A stretch of 62,392 nt of DNA from a bacterium (GTDB lineage Bacteria; JAHJDO01). The notes beneath the pieces were generated by a model. That model made no database searches, was not told where the DNA came from, and saw only the letters and a list, made by a program, of their open reading frames with translations. The translations under genes were made by a program, and so were the position numbers. The stretch lies in NCBI GenBank assembly GCA_018812485.1, contig JAHJDO010000005.1, positions 1 through 62,392 on the forward strand, written 5' to 3'. Positions within the stretch are counted from its first letter, which is position 1. The number at the start of each line of letters is the position of its first letter. Shown piece after piece: positions 8,370-17,527 of this stretch.

Positions 8370-10280
8370 TTATCCCAGTCTTGCTCTTTTAGAAAGATAT
8401 GAACACAGCGCTGCGTCCAGAGGCACAGATGTATCCGCCCTTACATAGTCTATCATCCCTTCAGAACAATCGCGCTTATACTTATGTGTAAAGCTGTCAA
8501 TCTCTGCCCAATATTGCTCGCGGATAAGTTTAGGATTCACGGAAAGAGTTTTTTTTGTTTCTATATCTTGAAAAACAGCAGGCTTCTCATAAGGGAATGT
8601 TGTCTCATATTTATCAAGAACATGAAAGACAATGACCTCTTGTTTTTTATGCCTGAAATGCTTTAGCCCTTTTATTACTGATTCTGCATCATCAAGCAGA
8701 TCTGATATCAAAATTATTAACCCTCTTCTCTTTATTGTTTCAGCCAGATCATGGCAGGTTTTGCTAATATTAGTTTTTTGTCCTGATGAGGTTCTATCAA
8801 GTGTTTGCAGGATATTTTTTAAGTGACCTCTACTGCATTTAGGTGGTATATAATCTTTTATTTTTTCATCAAACACCACAAGACCTACGGAATCTCTTTG
8901 CTTAATCATCAGATAAGCAAGGGATGCAGCAAGAAAACAGCCATATTCATACTTTGAAACATGTCCTGACTTGAAGAACATGGAATTACTTGCATCCAGA
9001 AGAATATAAGCTTTAAGATTTGTTTCCTCCTCATATCTCTTTATATATAATTTATCTGTTTTTCCATATACTTTCCAGTCTACATGTTTTAGGTCATCTC
9101 CCAGGGAATATTCCTTATGTTCAGAGAATTCTACGCTGAATCCCTGATATGGACTTTTATGCAGGCCGGATATAAATCCTTCAACAACTAATTTTGCAAC
9201 AAGGTTCAGGTTGGATATCTTTGCAATTACCTTTGGATCGAGAAACCTACGATAGCTTTGCATAATCCTTTCTGTTGGTTCTGTAATTGTATTGAGCAGC
9301 TTCTCTATAATCTTCTCTGAGTCTATTCCTTCAGCTTCTGCATTAAAATTGATAATAATTCTATGTCTGAGTACAGGAGCAGCAACACTTCTTACATCTT
9401 CACAAGATACGTTATAGTCACCCCGTGTTATTGCTCTCGCTTTTGCGCCGAGTATTAGATACTGAGCGGCTCTTGGCCCTGCCCCCCAGCTGACCCAGTC
9501 TTTTATGAATTCCGGAGCAGAAGCATCCTTTGGCCTGGATGCTCTTACAATGTTTGTCGCATATATGACTACATGGTCAGAAACAGGAATGCGCCTTGTG
9601 ATTCTCTGAAGCTCAAGTATCTTTTCCCCATCCAATACAGGAGTGAGTTCAGTATTGGTTTCGTATGTAGTAGATTTGACTATTTCCTGCTCTTCAGTTT
9701 TGGAAGGATAGTCTATATTGATATTAAACATAAATCTATCCAGCTGCGCCTCAGGCAAAGGATACGTGCCCTCCTGCTCTATAGGATTCTGTGTCGCTAA
9801 AATAAAAAACGGAAGCTCCAGAGGATAGGTTACCCCTCCTGCAGTTACTTTGTATTCCTGCATTGCTTCAAGCAAGGCAGCCTGTGTTTTTGGTGGTGTC
9901 CTGTTTATCTCATCAGCCAGCACTATATTTGCAAAGATCGGACCTTCTATAAATTTAAAACTCCTCTTGTGCGTTTGAGAATCCTCCTCCATGATATCCG
10001 TCCCTGTAATATCTGAGGGCATAAGGTCAGGAGTAAACTGAATTCTTTTAAACTTTAAATCCATGACCTGCGCAATTGTATTTACCATTAATGTTTTTGC
10101 CAGTCCGGGCACGCCGACAACAAGGCAATGACCTCTGGAAAACATGGCAATCAAAATTTCATCTACTATCTGCTGCTGACCAATAATTACCTTGCGAATT
10201 TCTTTTAAGATTTTCTCTCTGGCATTCTTAAATTCTTCAATTGCCCCTAAATCCGCTTCAACAATCTTACTGTCATCCAT
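8370..10280 (-). CDS. MoxR-like AAA+ ATPase fused to a DUF58 (vWA-like) domain
   Basis: The N-terminal ~330 aa is MoxR (GVPGLAKT Walker A, ADEINR, NPIEQEGTYPLPEAQLDRF). The C-terminal ~300 aa is DUF58 (HKSPYQGFSVEFSEHKEY..GDDLKHVDWKVYGKTDKLYIKRYEEE). It is a single uninterrupted ORF with an AGGAGG Shine-Dalgarno. Confidence 0.8.
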   Translation of the reverse strand: MDDSKIVEADLGAIEEFKNAREKILKEIRKVIIGQQQIVDEILIAMFSRGHCLVVGVPGLAKTLMVNTIAQVMDLKFKRIQFTPDLMPSDITGTDIMEEDSQTHKRSFKFIEGPIFANIVLADEINRTPPKTQAALLEAMQEYKVTAGGVTYPLELPFFILATQNPIEQEGTYPLPEAQLDRFMFNINIDYPSKTEEQEIVKSTTYETNTELTPVLDGEKILELQRITRRIPVSDHVVIYATNIVRASRPKDASAPEFIKDWVSWGAGPRAAQYLILGAKARAITRGDYNVSCEDVRSVAAPVLRHRIIINFNAEAEGIDSEKIIEKLLNTITEPTERIMQSYRRFLDPKVIAKISNLNLVAKLVVEGFISGLHKSPYQGFSVEFSEHKEYSLGDDLKHVDWKVYGKTDKLYIKRYEEETNLKAYILLDASNSMFFKSGHVSKYEYGCFLAASLAYLMIKQRDSVGLVVFDEKIKDYIPPKCSRGHLKNILQTLDRTSSGQKTNISKTCHDLAETIKRRGLIILISDLLDDAESVIKGLKHFRHKKQEVIVFHVLDKYETTFPYEKPAVFQDIETKKTLSVNPKLIREQYWAEIDSFTHKYKRDCSEGMIDYVRADTSVPLDAALCSYLSKRARLG

Positions 10281-10380
10281 TTCAGTATCCTCCTTAAATT
10301 ACTTCGCATAACCTTTGTTAGAAATCTATTATAAATCACAACAACAAAACAATCCATTCGTTTTTTTGATGAAATCCTGT

Positions 10381-10409
10381 GTAGGGGATAGGCATGCCTG
10401 TCCCCTACA
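10381..10409. repeat. REP-like palindromic element beginning with GTAGGGG
   Basis: GTAGGGGATAGG-CATG-CCTGTCCCCTAC forms a 12-bp stem with one G.U pair. A second hairpin AACCGCC/GGCGGTT lies at 10435-10458. Both are intergenic, between the GT4 gene and moxR. Confidence 0.6.
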
Positions 10410-10513
10410 TAAAAATCGCAAATGCTTCTACAATAACCGCCAGCTAAAGCAGGCGGTTGAGGGGGAGGGGACAACCTAAAGCAAAGGGATAGGCGCAACC
10501 AATATCGTGGGAT

Positions 10514-11638
10514 TTATTTACCTGTAATCTTGTGAAAGAACTTTAGGAATTCATTAAACTGCACTCTTTTATCAAACTTTTCTTCCATAAGCTTACGAGC
10601 GTTTTTACCCATCTGCAGGTAATTGTTTTTATCTGAGGAGAGTTTGACAATCGCATCTATAAGTTCTTTCTGGTTACCGGGTTCTACCATGTATCCTGTT
10701 TTCCCATTAAAGACAACTTCAGGTACTCCTGCTAATTCCGACGCTATAACGGGCAGTCCCATAGACATTGCTTCAAGCAGGACATTTGGCAAACCCTCCT
10801 TATAGAGGCTGGGAAGAACTAGTATATCAATTCTTTCAAAAACATAATTTGGTTCATTAGTAAAAGGGAAGAATGCCACGTTTTTTTCAAGATTCATTGT
10901 TTTAACTTTTGCTTTCAACATTTCTTCATCTGGCCCGTCTCCAACAAGCATCAAATGAATGTCAGGAATAGAACCAGCTGCGAGCTTTGCAACCGCCTCG
11001 AGAAGAATGACCTGTCCTTTTCTTTCTTCAAAAGAGCCAACTGAGCCCAGAACCGGAGCGGCAGTACCACAAAGAGGATAACGCCTCAAGGATTCAGCTT
11101 TGTTTTCATCTGAAGAAGTAAAACGGTCAATTTCTGTTCCCTGATAGATTAGCTCAACCTTCTCAGAAGGGATTTTATAATTATCAATAAGATACTTGCG
11201 TGTAAAGTCTGTGATACTGATGATTCTTACATTAATGGAGTCATCAGGAAGATAAAATTCCCTCAGATATTCAGGTACAATAGTCCCTGTTTTTGGTATA
11301 AGAATTGTGTCAAGACCAGCTTGTTTTATGCATTCAGCGCCAAAAACAGCGCAGTGGAATCCATGCCTCGGCGGATGCACGGTACAAACAGCAACATCAC
11401 AGTTATTCAGACCTTCAATCCATATCCTTTTAAATTCATTGCCTTTGGCTACAACCCTGTCCCAGTCATATGCAATAATATGTGCTCCTGCTTTAGAACA
11501 TTCATTAGCTACCCAGCTACCCAGAGGCGCAATAACAGTAACAGCCTCTCCTTTATTAATGAAAGCTTTGGCCGCTTCAGAAACCCAGATCTGAGTTCCG
11601 CCATGAAGATGTGTATCTTCGATAAATCCGATATGCAT
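10514..11638 (-). CDS. Glycosyltransferase family 4
   Basis: The C-terminal EGLPNVLLEAMSMGLPVIASELAGVPEVV (E-x7-E) motif is typical of GT4/GT-B enzymes. Confidence 0.8.
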   Translation of the reverse strand: MHIGFIEDTHLHGGTQIWVSEAAKAFINKGEAVTVIAPLGSWVANECSKAGAHIIAYDWDRVVAKGNEFKRIWIEGLNNCDVAVCTVHPPRHGFHCAVFGAECIKQAGLDTILIPKTGTIVPEYLREFYLPDDSINVRIISITDFTRKYLIDNYKIPSEKVELIYQGTEIDRFTSSDENKAESLRRYPLCGTAAPVLGSVGSFEERKGQVILLEAVAKLAAGSIPDIHLMLVGDGPDEEMLKAKVKTMNLEKNVAFFPFTNEPNYVFERIDILVLPSLYKEGLPNVLLEAMSMGLPVIASELAGVPEVVFNGKTGYMVEPGNQKELIDAIVKLSSDKNNYLQMGKNARKLMEEKFDKRVQFNEFLKFFHKITGK

Positions 11639-11643
11639 ATACT

Positions 11644-13410
11644 TCAGTCCTTAGATCTTTTCAAAGTTCTGAGCAGTTTATAAAATGTCTCTGCAAGAAC
11701 TTTAGTTCCATAACGCATTCTTACAGCATTGACGTTATGCTTTTTGAGTTCTTCTTCATTTTCCCCGAACATTAGCTTTGTAGCTTTACTAAGAAAATCC
11801 TGAGAAAAGTCATTCTCGGGAAAAAGCACGCACTTTATCTGCTTCTCTTCAGGAAGATATTTCCCTACAACATTGGCAAAAACCTCCTCAGGATAATAGT
11901 GGCTGCATATAATAGGAATTCCACACGCACTAGCCTCAATAATAGGCAATCCTCTGCCTTCAGTTTCACTGGGGAACAAAACTACTGTAGCAAGTCTGTA
12001 AATGTCCTCAATATGCATACGTTCCAGTCCATTTGCCTTAAAGCTTGGGTGTTCTTCTGTTCCTACTGAAAACGCGATAAAGATACGGTCAGAAATATCC
12101 TCTGGCAATACTGAACATAAATCAACATAAGCGTTCAAAACAGTTTCAAGATCTGCCTGATGCTCTATGGGAACAGGCCCTGTTATATGGAGAATAAGTT
12201 GAATGTCTTTATTGCTTTCAAATTCCTTGCGAAAAAAGGGATAATTCATAAGCGCAGAAAAAAGATGCAAATTCTTTTCAATACGTTTTCTGGCAACTAC
12301 GCGCGTGGGCTGCAAGCAGTAAATAATCTTTTCATTTGTTAAATCAAGCTCAAGCCCATCTCTAAATCCACAAACTATGGGCTTTTGTCCCTTCATCCAG
12401 TTTGTGAGATTCCCAATATGAGAGGAAACCGGAACAGGTTTGATTTTTGGTTTGCCGTCTGAAAGGATATATGCCATTCGCAAACGGGACGACATAACAT
12501 CTTGCTTTGTATATTCTCTTAAAAATTCATCGCTTATGAAAGTAGATATTTCAAACACTCTATTTTCAGGAAACCCATAATGTGTAGTAAGGTAACGCGA
12601 TTGCTTATGATTTATATTTACCTGAATCCAACGCTTTCCATTCCATGGATAAAGCTTTTTAAACAGCGAAAAGAACGCCAGATTCTTAATGTTTTTAAAA
12701 AAGTGATCCCTTATCCCTGCTTTTTCTCCGAGTTTGCGTTCTGAAGCAGGTTTTCCTCCTTCCCAATAGAAATCATGATTTGAATTCAATACATACATAC
12801 CAAGAGCTTCAGAAACTAAAATAGTAGCAAGCGCAATCGCAAAGTTTCCGGGATTTGAAAAAATATTAACAGGGAAAAGCAATGCAATTTTCTTATCCAC
12901 TACATAGGAGCCAAGTTCTTCTGCAAAAGAAACTGCCTGATCCCACATCTCCATCGCAAGATCACTGGAAACTTTGCTGCCCTCGGGCATATCCTCATAA
13001 AAAAGCTTTGAGAAACACTTCCCTTTGTGCCATTTAGACCATCCGTTCATTTCACGGATATGAAAACGATTCCACGACGGTTTAAGAACCGCATCTGCTT
13101 TATCGTGAAAATCGCCGCTGATAAAATGAAGAACAGGGAGAGTGGTATGAGTGTCTGCAAAAATTCTTTCCATGCAATGGGCATATTTACTTATCTCTAT
13201 TGAAACTCCATCAATTCCAAAATCGTATGTAATAAACGCAATACCATTATGAAGTGCGCTCAGGAATTCCTTGTCAGTGAATGCCTCAATCTCAGGAGAA
13301 GCTCTCTTTACAGATTCAAGGACGGCTGAGATATCCTTCCATCTTTTAACCTTTTTTTCTGAAAGCATCTGTTTCATCTGGGCAAAAAGAACTTTCTTAT
13401 TATGTGTCAT
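11644..13410 (-). CDS. GT-B glycosyltransferase with a long N-terminal extension
   Basis: 588 aa. The C-terminal part carries a GT4-like motif, FPSETEGRGLPIIEASACGIPIICS. I do not recognise the N-terminal ~350 aa. GGGAG Shine-Dalgarno. Confidence 0.55.
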   Translation of the reverse strand: MTHNKKVLFAQMKQMLSEKKVKRWKDISAVLESVKRASPEIEAFTDKEFLSALHNGIAFITYDFGIDGVSIEISKYAHCMERIFADTHTTLPVLHFISGDFHDKADAVLKPSWNRFHIREMNGWSKWHKGKCFSKLFYEDMPEGSKVSSDLAMEMWDQAVSFAEELGSYVVDKKIALLFPVNIFSNPGNFAIALATILVSEALGMYVLNSNHDFYWEGGKPASERKLGEKAGIRDHFFKNIKNLAFFSLFKKLYPWNGKRWIQVNINHKQSRYLTTHYGFPENRVFEISTFISDEFLREYTKQDVMSSRLRMAYILSDGKPKIKPVPVSSHIGNLTNWMKGQKPIVCGFRDGLELDLTNEKIIYCLQPTRVVARKRIEKNLHLFSALMNYPFFRKEFESNKDIQLILHITGPVPIEHQADLETVLNAYVDLCSVLPEDISDRIFIAFSVGTEEHPSFKANGLERMHIEDIYRLATVVLFPSETEGRGLPIIEASACGIPIICSHYYPEEVFANVVGKYLPEEKQIKCVLFPENDFSQDFLSKATKLMFGENEEELKKHNVNAVRMRYGTKVLAETFYKLLRTLKRSKD

Positions 13411-13608
13411 TAATTATACTCCCGGATCCATGACTATAATCCGTATGTTAGCATAATGGCAGAACTTTGCAATAAATTTGCCATTCGACATTCTTTATGA
13501 TAAAAAACATAATTAAACTAATAACACAACGCAAGTGATTGCTAGGATGTTAGATAAAACGGGTAAAACTTATTTTAACTGGTGCGGAGAAATGCGGAAT
13601 ATAGGATT

Positions 13609-14559
13609 ATGCAGACAAGAAAATTAGGATATAGTGATTTAAATATAACAGTTATCGGTCTCGGCACATGGGCAATTGGCGGAGGCGGGTGGAAATTCGC
13701 ATGGGGGCCGCAGGATGACAAAGAATCAATTGCTGCTATACGTGAAGCAGTTGATATTGGCATAAACTGGATAGACACGGCTGCTCTTTATGGCCTTGGA
13801 CATTCTGAAATCGTTGTGGGTAAAGCTATAAAAGAAATGAGAGAAAAACCTATTATTGCAACAAAATGTTGCAGATGCTGGGATAAAAAGCGAAATATAT
13901 TCAACAGTTTAAAAAAGGATAGTATTCGTTCAGAGGTTGAAGCAAGTTTAAAGAGACTTAGAGTAGATGTTATTGACCTGTATCAGATTCACCATCCTAG
14001 TCCTGATGAAGAGATCGAAGAAGGATGGGAAACAATAGCAAATCTCATAAAAGAAGGGAAAATTCGCTACGGCGGTGTTTCAAACTTTAGTGTGGAACAG
14101 CTCAAACGCATTCAACCTATTCATCCAGTAGTATCACTCCAGCCGCCTTACAGCATGTTGGAAAGAGGTATTGAAGATGAGCTGCTGGATTATTGCAAAA
14201 AAAACAATATTGGAGTTATAGTTTACAGCCCAATGCAAAGAGGGCTTCTTGCAGGAAAGTTCTCTAAAGAACGAGTTAAAAATCTTCCAAAGGATGACCA
14301 TCGGCGCAAGAATATGCAATTTCAAGAGCCCAAGTTAAGTGCAAATCTTGAACTCGTAGAATCTCTCAGACCTGTAGCTGAGAAGAACAATATAACTCTT
14401 GCGCAGCTTGCCCTGGCATGGGTTCTGCGCAGAAAAGAAGTAACTGCAGCAATTGTGGGAGCAAGAAACAAATTGCAGATTAAGGAAACTGCAGCTGCGG
14501 GTGATGTTAAACTTACTGAAACCGATATCGAAATAATTGAAGAATTATTAAATATCTGA
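13609..14559 (+). CDS. Aldo/keto reductase
   Basis: LGYSDLNITVIGLGTWAIGG, IDTAALYG and YQIHHP are AKR hallmarks. The ATG at 13609 gives the canonical N-terminus; the ORF track starts at the GTG at 13582. Confidence 0.85.
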   Translation: MQTRKLGYSDLNITVIGLGTWAIGGGGWKFAWGPQDDKESIAAIREAVDIGINWIDTAALYGLGHSEIVVGKAIKEMREKPIIATKCCRCWDKKRNIFNSLKKDSIRSEVEASLKRLRVDVIDLYQIHHPSPDEEIEEGWETIANLIKEGKIRYGGVSNFSVEQLKRIQPIHPVVSLQPPYSMLERGIEDELLDYCKKNNIGVIVYSPMQRGLLAGKFSKERVKNLPKDDHRRKNMQFQEPKLSANLELVESLRPVAEKNNITLAQLALAWVLRRKEVTAAIVGARNKLQIKETAAAGDVKLTETDIEIIEELLNI

Positions 14560-14564
14560 ATATT

Positions 14565-14594
14565 TTACACATTTTCTTTATTTTATAGTATACT
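14565..14594 (+). promoter_or_regulatory. Putative promoter of pfk; leaderless geometry
   Basis: TTACAC at 14565-14570, an 18-nt spacer, and TATACT at 14589-14594. The ATG at 14601 follows after 6 nt with no Shine-Dalgarno. Confidence 0.4.
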
Positions 14595-14600
14595 GACTCT

Positions 14601-15917
14601 ATGGATACTCATTGCTTGACTACGGATGAATTGCCAGATTTAACAATTGAAAAGATTGGATCTTCAGGTGTAATTTCTCCCATCGTAAGAAGCAGAGATT
14701 ACTTCACTAATGACCATGAAAAAATTCTAATATATTCACATTCTAAAGATTTAAAAACATGCCAAAGCCCTGATAAAGAACCTCCAATGTTTGAAAGAGC
14801 TGGTCCAAGGCAAAGAATCTTCTTTGACGGGGAAAAAATAAACTGTGGAATAGTTACTTGTGGAGGATTATGTCCTGGGCTCAACGATGTAATACGGACA
14901 ATTGTTCTTAGCCTTGTATGGCAATATGGTGTCAGGAAAGTTTTCGGCTTTCGCTATGGATATGCAGGCCTGTCATCAAGCGCCCCTAAAGAACCATTAA
15001 TATTAACCCCGGAATCTGTTGACGAAATTCAACATAAAGGAGGAGACATCCTGTCATTGTCCCGCGGTCAGCAAGACTCGGATGATATAGTTAGCAATCT
15101 GGAAAAAAGAGAAATTAGTTTATTATTTGTTATTGGAGGCGATGGCACACTAAGAGGAGCTTCAGATATAGTCAAGGCGATAAAGAAAAGAGATTTAAAA
15201 ATTGGGGTAATTGGAGTTCCAAAGACAATTGATAACGATATCTGCGCAGTAGAGCAGTCTTTTGGTTTTTCAACAGCTGTTGAAGCGTCGCGTTCAGCCA
15301 TTTGTGGAGCACACGAAGAAGCCAAAGGAGCATGGAATGGTGTTGGGTTAGTTAAACTAATGGGCAGGGATTCTGGCTTTATTGCTGCTTATGCTACTCT
15401 GGCAAACAGTGATGCAAACTTCTGTTTTATCCCGGAAGTACCTCTTGTTTTAAAAGGAGAAAACGGATTTTTGCGTCTGCTTGAGAAACGGTTGGACAGG
15501 AAGCATCATGCGCTAATTGTAGTAGCCGAAGGAGCAGGACAGGACTTGATACGAGAAGCTGGTTATCAAGAAAGAGATGCTTCAGGCAATATTGTACATA
15601 AGGATATCGGCGGGTTCTTAAAGAAAGAAATTATAAAATATTTTAAAAAGAAGAAAAAACCATTGGTTTTGAAATATATAGATCCGAGCTATATGATACG
15701 AAGCATACCTGCCAATTCTCAAGATTCAGCATTCTGCCTGATGCTTGGACAAAATGCTGTGCATGCCGGGATGTCAGGCAGAACAAATATGGTAATAAGC
15801 TACTGGAACCAGTACTTTGTGCATATCCCCATATCACTGGCTGTTCTAAGGAAGAAAAAAGTTGACCCAAACGGCCATTTATGGCAGACTGTTTTGGAAA
15901 CGACCGGTCAGGTATGA
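14601..15917 (+). CDS. pfkA: 6-phosphofructokinase, PfkA family (phosphoryl donor not certain)
   Basis: Motifs GIVTCGGLCPGLNDVIR, IGGDGTLRGA, PKTIDNDI and MGRDSGFIA. Confidence 0.85.
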   Translation: MDTHCLTTDELPDLTIEKIGSSGVISPIVRSRDYFTNDHEKILIYSHSKDLKTCQSPDKEPPMFERAGPRQRIFFDGEKINCGIVTCGGLCPGLNDVIRTIVLSLVWQYGVRKVFGFRYGYAGLSSSAPKEPLILTPESVDEIQHKGGDILSLSRGQQDSDDIVSNLEKREISLLFVIGGDGTLRGASDIVKAIKKRDLKIGVIGVPKTIDNDICAVEQSFGFSTAVEASRSAICGAHEEAKGAWNGVGLVKLMGRDSGFIAAYATLANSDANFCFIPEVPLVLKGENGFLRLLEKRLDRKHHALIVVAEGAGQDLIREAGYQERDASGNIVHKDIGGFLKKEIIKYFKKKKKPLVLKYIDPSYMIRSIPANSQDSAFCLMLGQNAVHAGMSGRTNMVISYWNQYFVHIPISLAVLRKKKVDPNGHLWQTVLETTGQV

Positions 15918-16050
15918 TTCAAGCGTTATATGCTTACCTCCGCTTGTAAACAAAAACTTTGGGAAAACTTGTGAAAGAGTGTAATGATATTGAAAAAACG
16001 TATGATAGAAGCATTGAAAAATTTATGGAAACCTATCAGGAAAGAGGAAG

Positions 16051-17304
16051 ATGGTAGTAAAAACAGTTCGCGGGACAAGTGATATATTACCAAGTGATGT
16101 AGGTACCTGGCAGGCGTTAGAGCTTGTTTCCAGAAATCTGCTGGAAGCTTATGATTATAGGGAGATTCGCACGCCTATATTTGAACAAGCCGGACTCTTT
16201 CAAAAAAGTGTTGGGGAATCTACAGACATTGTAAGTAAAGAAATGTATGTGTTCTCTGATAAAAAGGGTAGGGAACTCGCTCTTAGACCTGAAGGAACTG
16301 CCTCGATCGTACGCTCATTTGTTGAGCACAATATGTATACACAGCCTTTTCCTGTAAAACTATACTACATAGGCCCGTTTTTTAGATATGAAAGGCCGCA
16401 GTCAGGAAGAGCAAGGCAATTTCATCAAATCGGAGCAGAGGCAATTGGGATTGAAGATGTGAGACTGGATGCAGAGATAATTGATATTGCAATCCAAATT
16501 CCATCCAAAATGGGCATTAAAAACCTAAAAGTAATGCTAAACAGCATTGGTTGTAAGGAATGTAGGTTGAAGTACATAAAACGTCTTCTGAGGCATCTTA
16601 AAGACCGAATCAAAAACCTTTGTGTGGACTGTAAACGCAGATACTCTACCAATCCTTTAAGAATTCTGGACTGTAAAAAACCAGAATGTATTCAAAATGT
16701 AAAAGATGGACCTACTATCACAGAGAATTTATGCGCCAAATGCAGGAATAAACTTGAGACAGTTGAGAAACACATAAACTGTTTAGGCATTGATTATCAA
16801 ATACAGCCTTATCTTGTTCGCGGCCTTGATTATTATACAGGTGTGATCTTTGAGATTATTCATTCTCAGCTAGGCGCGCAGAATGTAGTTGCTGCCGGAG
16901 GAAGATATGATAATTTGGTTGAACAGATGGGTGGAAAATCAACTCCTGCTGTTGGATTTGCAGCAGGAATTGAGAGAATGATAATGCTATTAGCACATAG
17001 AAACTTCCAAAGCAGCAACTCAGTATACCTAGTGTATCTCGATTTCCCCATGAATGAAAGAGTGTTTGCATTACTTGCTGCATTAAGACAAAATGGAATA
17101 CATACCAAAACAACTTATCAGGAAAAAACTCTTAAGAACCAGTTGAAGACAGCCGCAAAATCAAACTGCAAATTTAGTCTGATTTTAGGCACAGATGAGC
17201 TATCAAAAGGAACGGTTATTCTTCGCAATATGAAAACAAGCACACAGGAAGAGATTAGGCTAGATAATGCAGTATCAATCATAAAGGTGGAATTGAAATG
17301 GTAG
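16051..17304 (+). CDS. hisS: Histidine--tRNA ligase
   Basis: Motifs VRGTSDILP, RPEGTASIVR, YYIGPFFRYERPQSGRARQFHQIG and NPLRILDCK. AAGAGGAAG Shine-Dalgarno. Confidence 0.95.
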   Translation: MVVKTVRGTSDILPSDVGTWQALELVSRNLLEAYDYREIRTPIFEQAGLFQKSVGESTDIVSKEMYVFSDKKGRELALRPEGTASIVRSFVEHNMYTQPFPVKLYYIGPFFRYERPQSGRARQFHQIGAEAIGIEDVRLDAEIIDIAIQIPSKMGIKNLKVMLNSIGCKECRLKYIKRLLRHLKDRIKNLCVDCKRRYSTNPLRILDCKKPECIQNVKDGPTITENLCAKCRNKLETVEKHINCLGIDYQIQPYLVRGLDYYTGVIFEIIHSQLGAQNVVAAGGRYDNLVEQMGGKSTPAVGFAAGIERMIMLLAHRNFQSSNSVYLVYLDFPMNERVFALLAALRQNGIHTKTTYQEKTLKNQLKTAAKSNCKFSLILGTDELSKGTVILRNMKTSTQEEIRLDNAVSIIKVELKW

Positions 17305-17411
17305 CCACATATCATCAGCAAAATAAAGAAATTCTCAAAACGAATTATGCAAATAGGTTGGATTGAGACCTGATTTTTGGGATGCTATTTATAGAATTAT
17401 TTGGATCAATT

Positions 17412-17440
17412 GTAGAGGTGAATCTTGTGTTTGCCTTTTT
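17412..17440 (+). repeat. Degenerate GTAG-type REP-like hairpin; possible hisS terminator
   Basis: GTAGAGGTGAA-TCTTGTG-TTTGCCT forms a 7-bp stem with two G.U pairs. It is followed by TTTT and lies about 110 nt after the hisS stop. Confidence 0.35.
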
Positions 17441-17527
17441 GTTCTTGTGTATTTTCATTGAGGTTTTAAGCAATTTTAGGTATAGTGGCAGTAAAGTAGT
17501 AATAAACGTCTAGTGATAAGGAGAGAG

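Noticed and set aside
10435-10458. The hairpins downstream of the GT4 gene as classical intrinsic terminators.
   Set aside because: On the transcribed (minus) strand, neither the AACCGCC/GGCGGTT hairpin nor the GTAGGGG hairpin at 10381-10409 is followed by a U-tract. I kept them as REP-like repeats only.
10247-10498. 83-aa minus-strand ORF spanning the moxR upstream spacer.
   Set aside because: Its sequence (PPPQPPALAGGY..VGDRHAYPLH) is simply the translation of the two GC-rich REP-like hairpins. There is no RBS, and it overlaps the moxR start.
16540-16760. Cys-rich insertion in HisRS (CKEC, CVDC, DCKKPEC, CAKC) as a novel zinc module.
   Set aside because: From memory, the same CxxC pattern around NPLR(I/V)LDCK is common in bacterial HisRS insertion domains, so it is not unusual.
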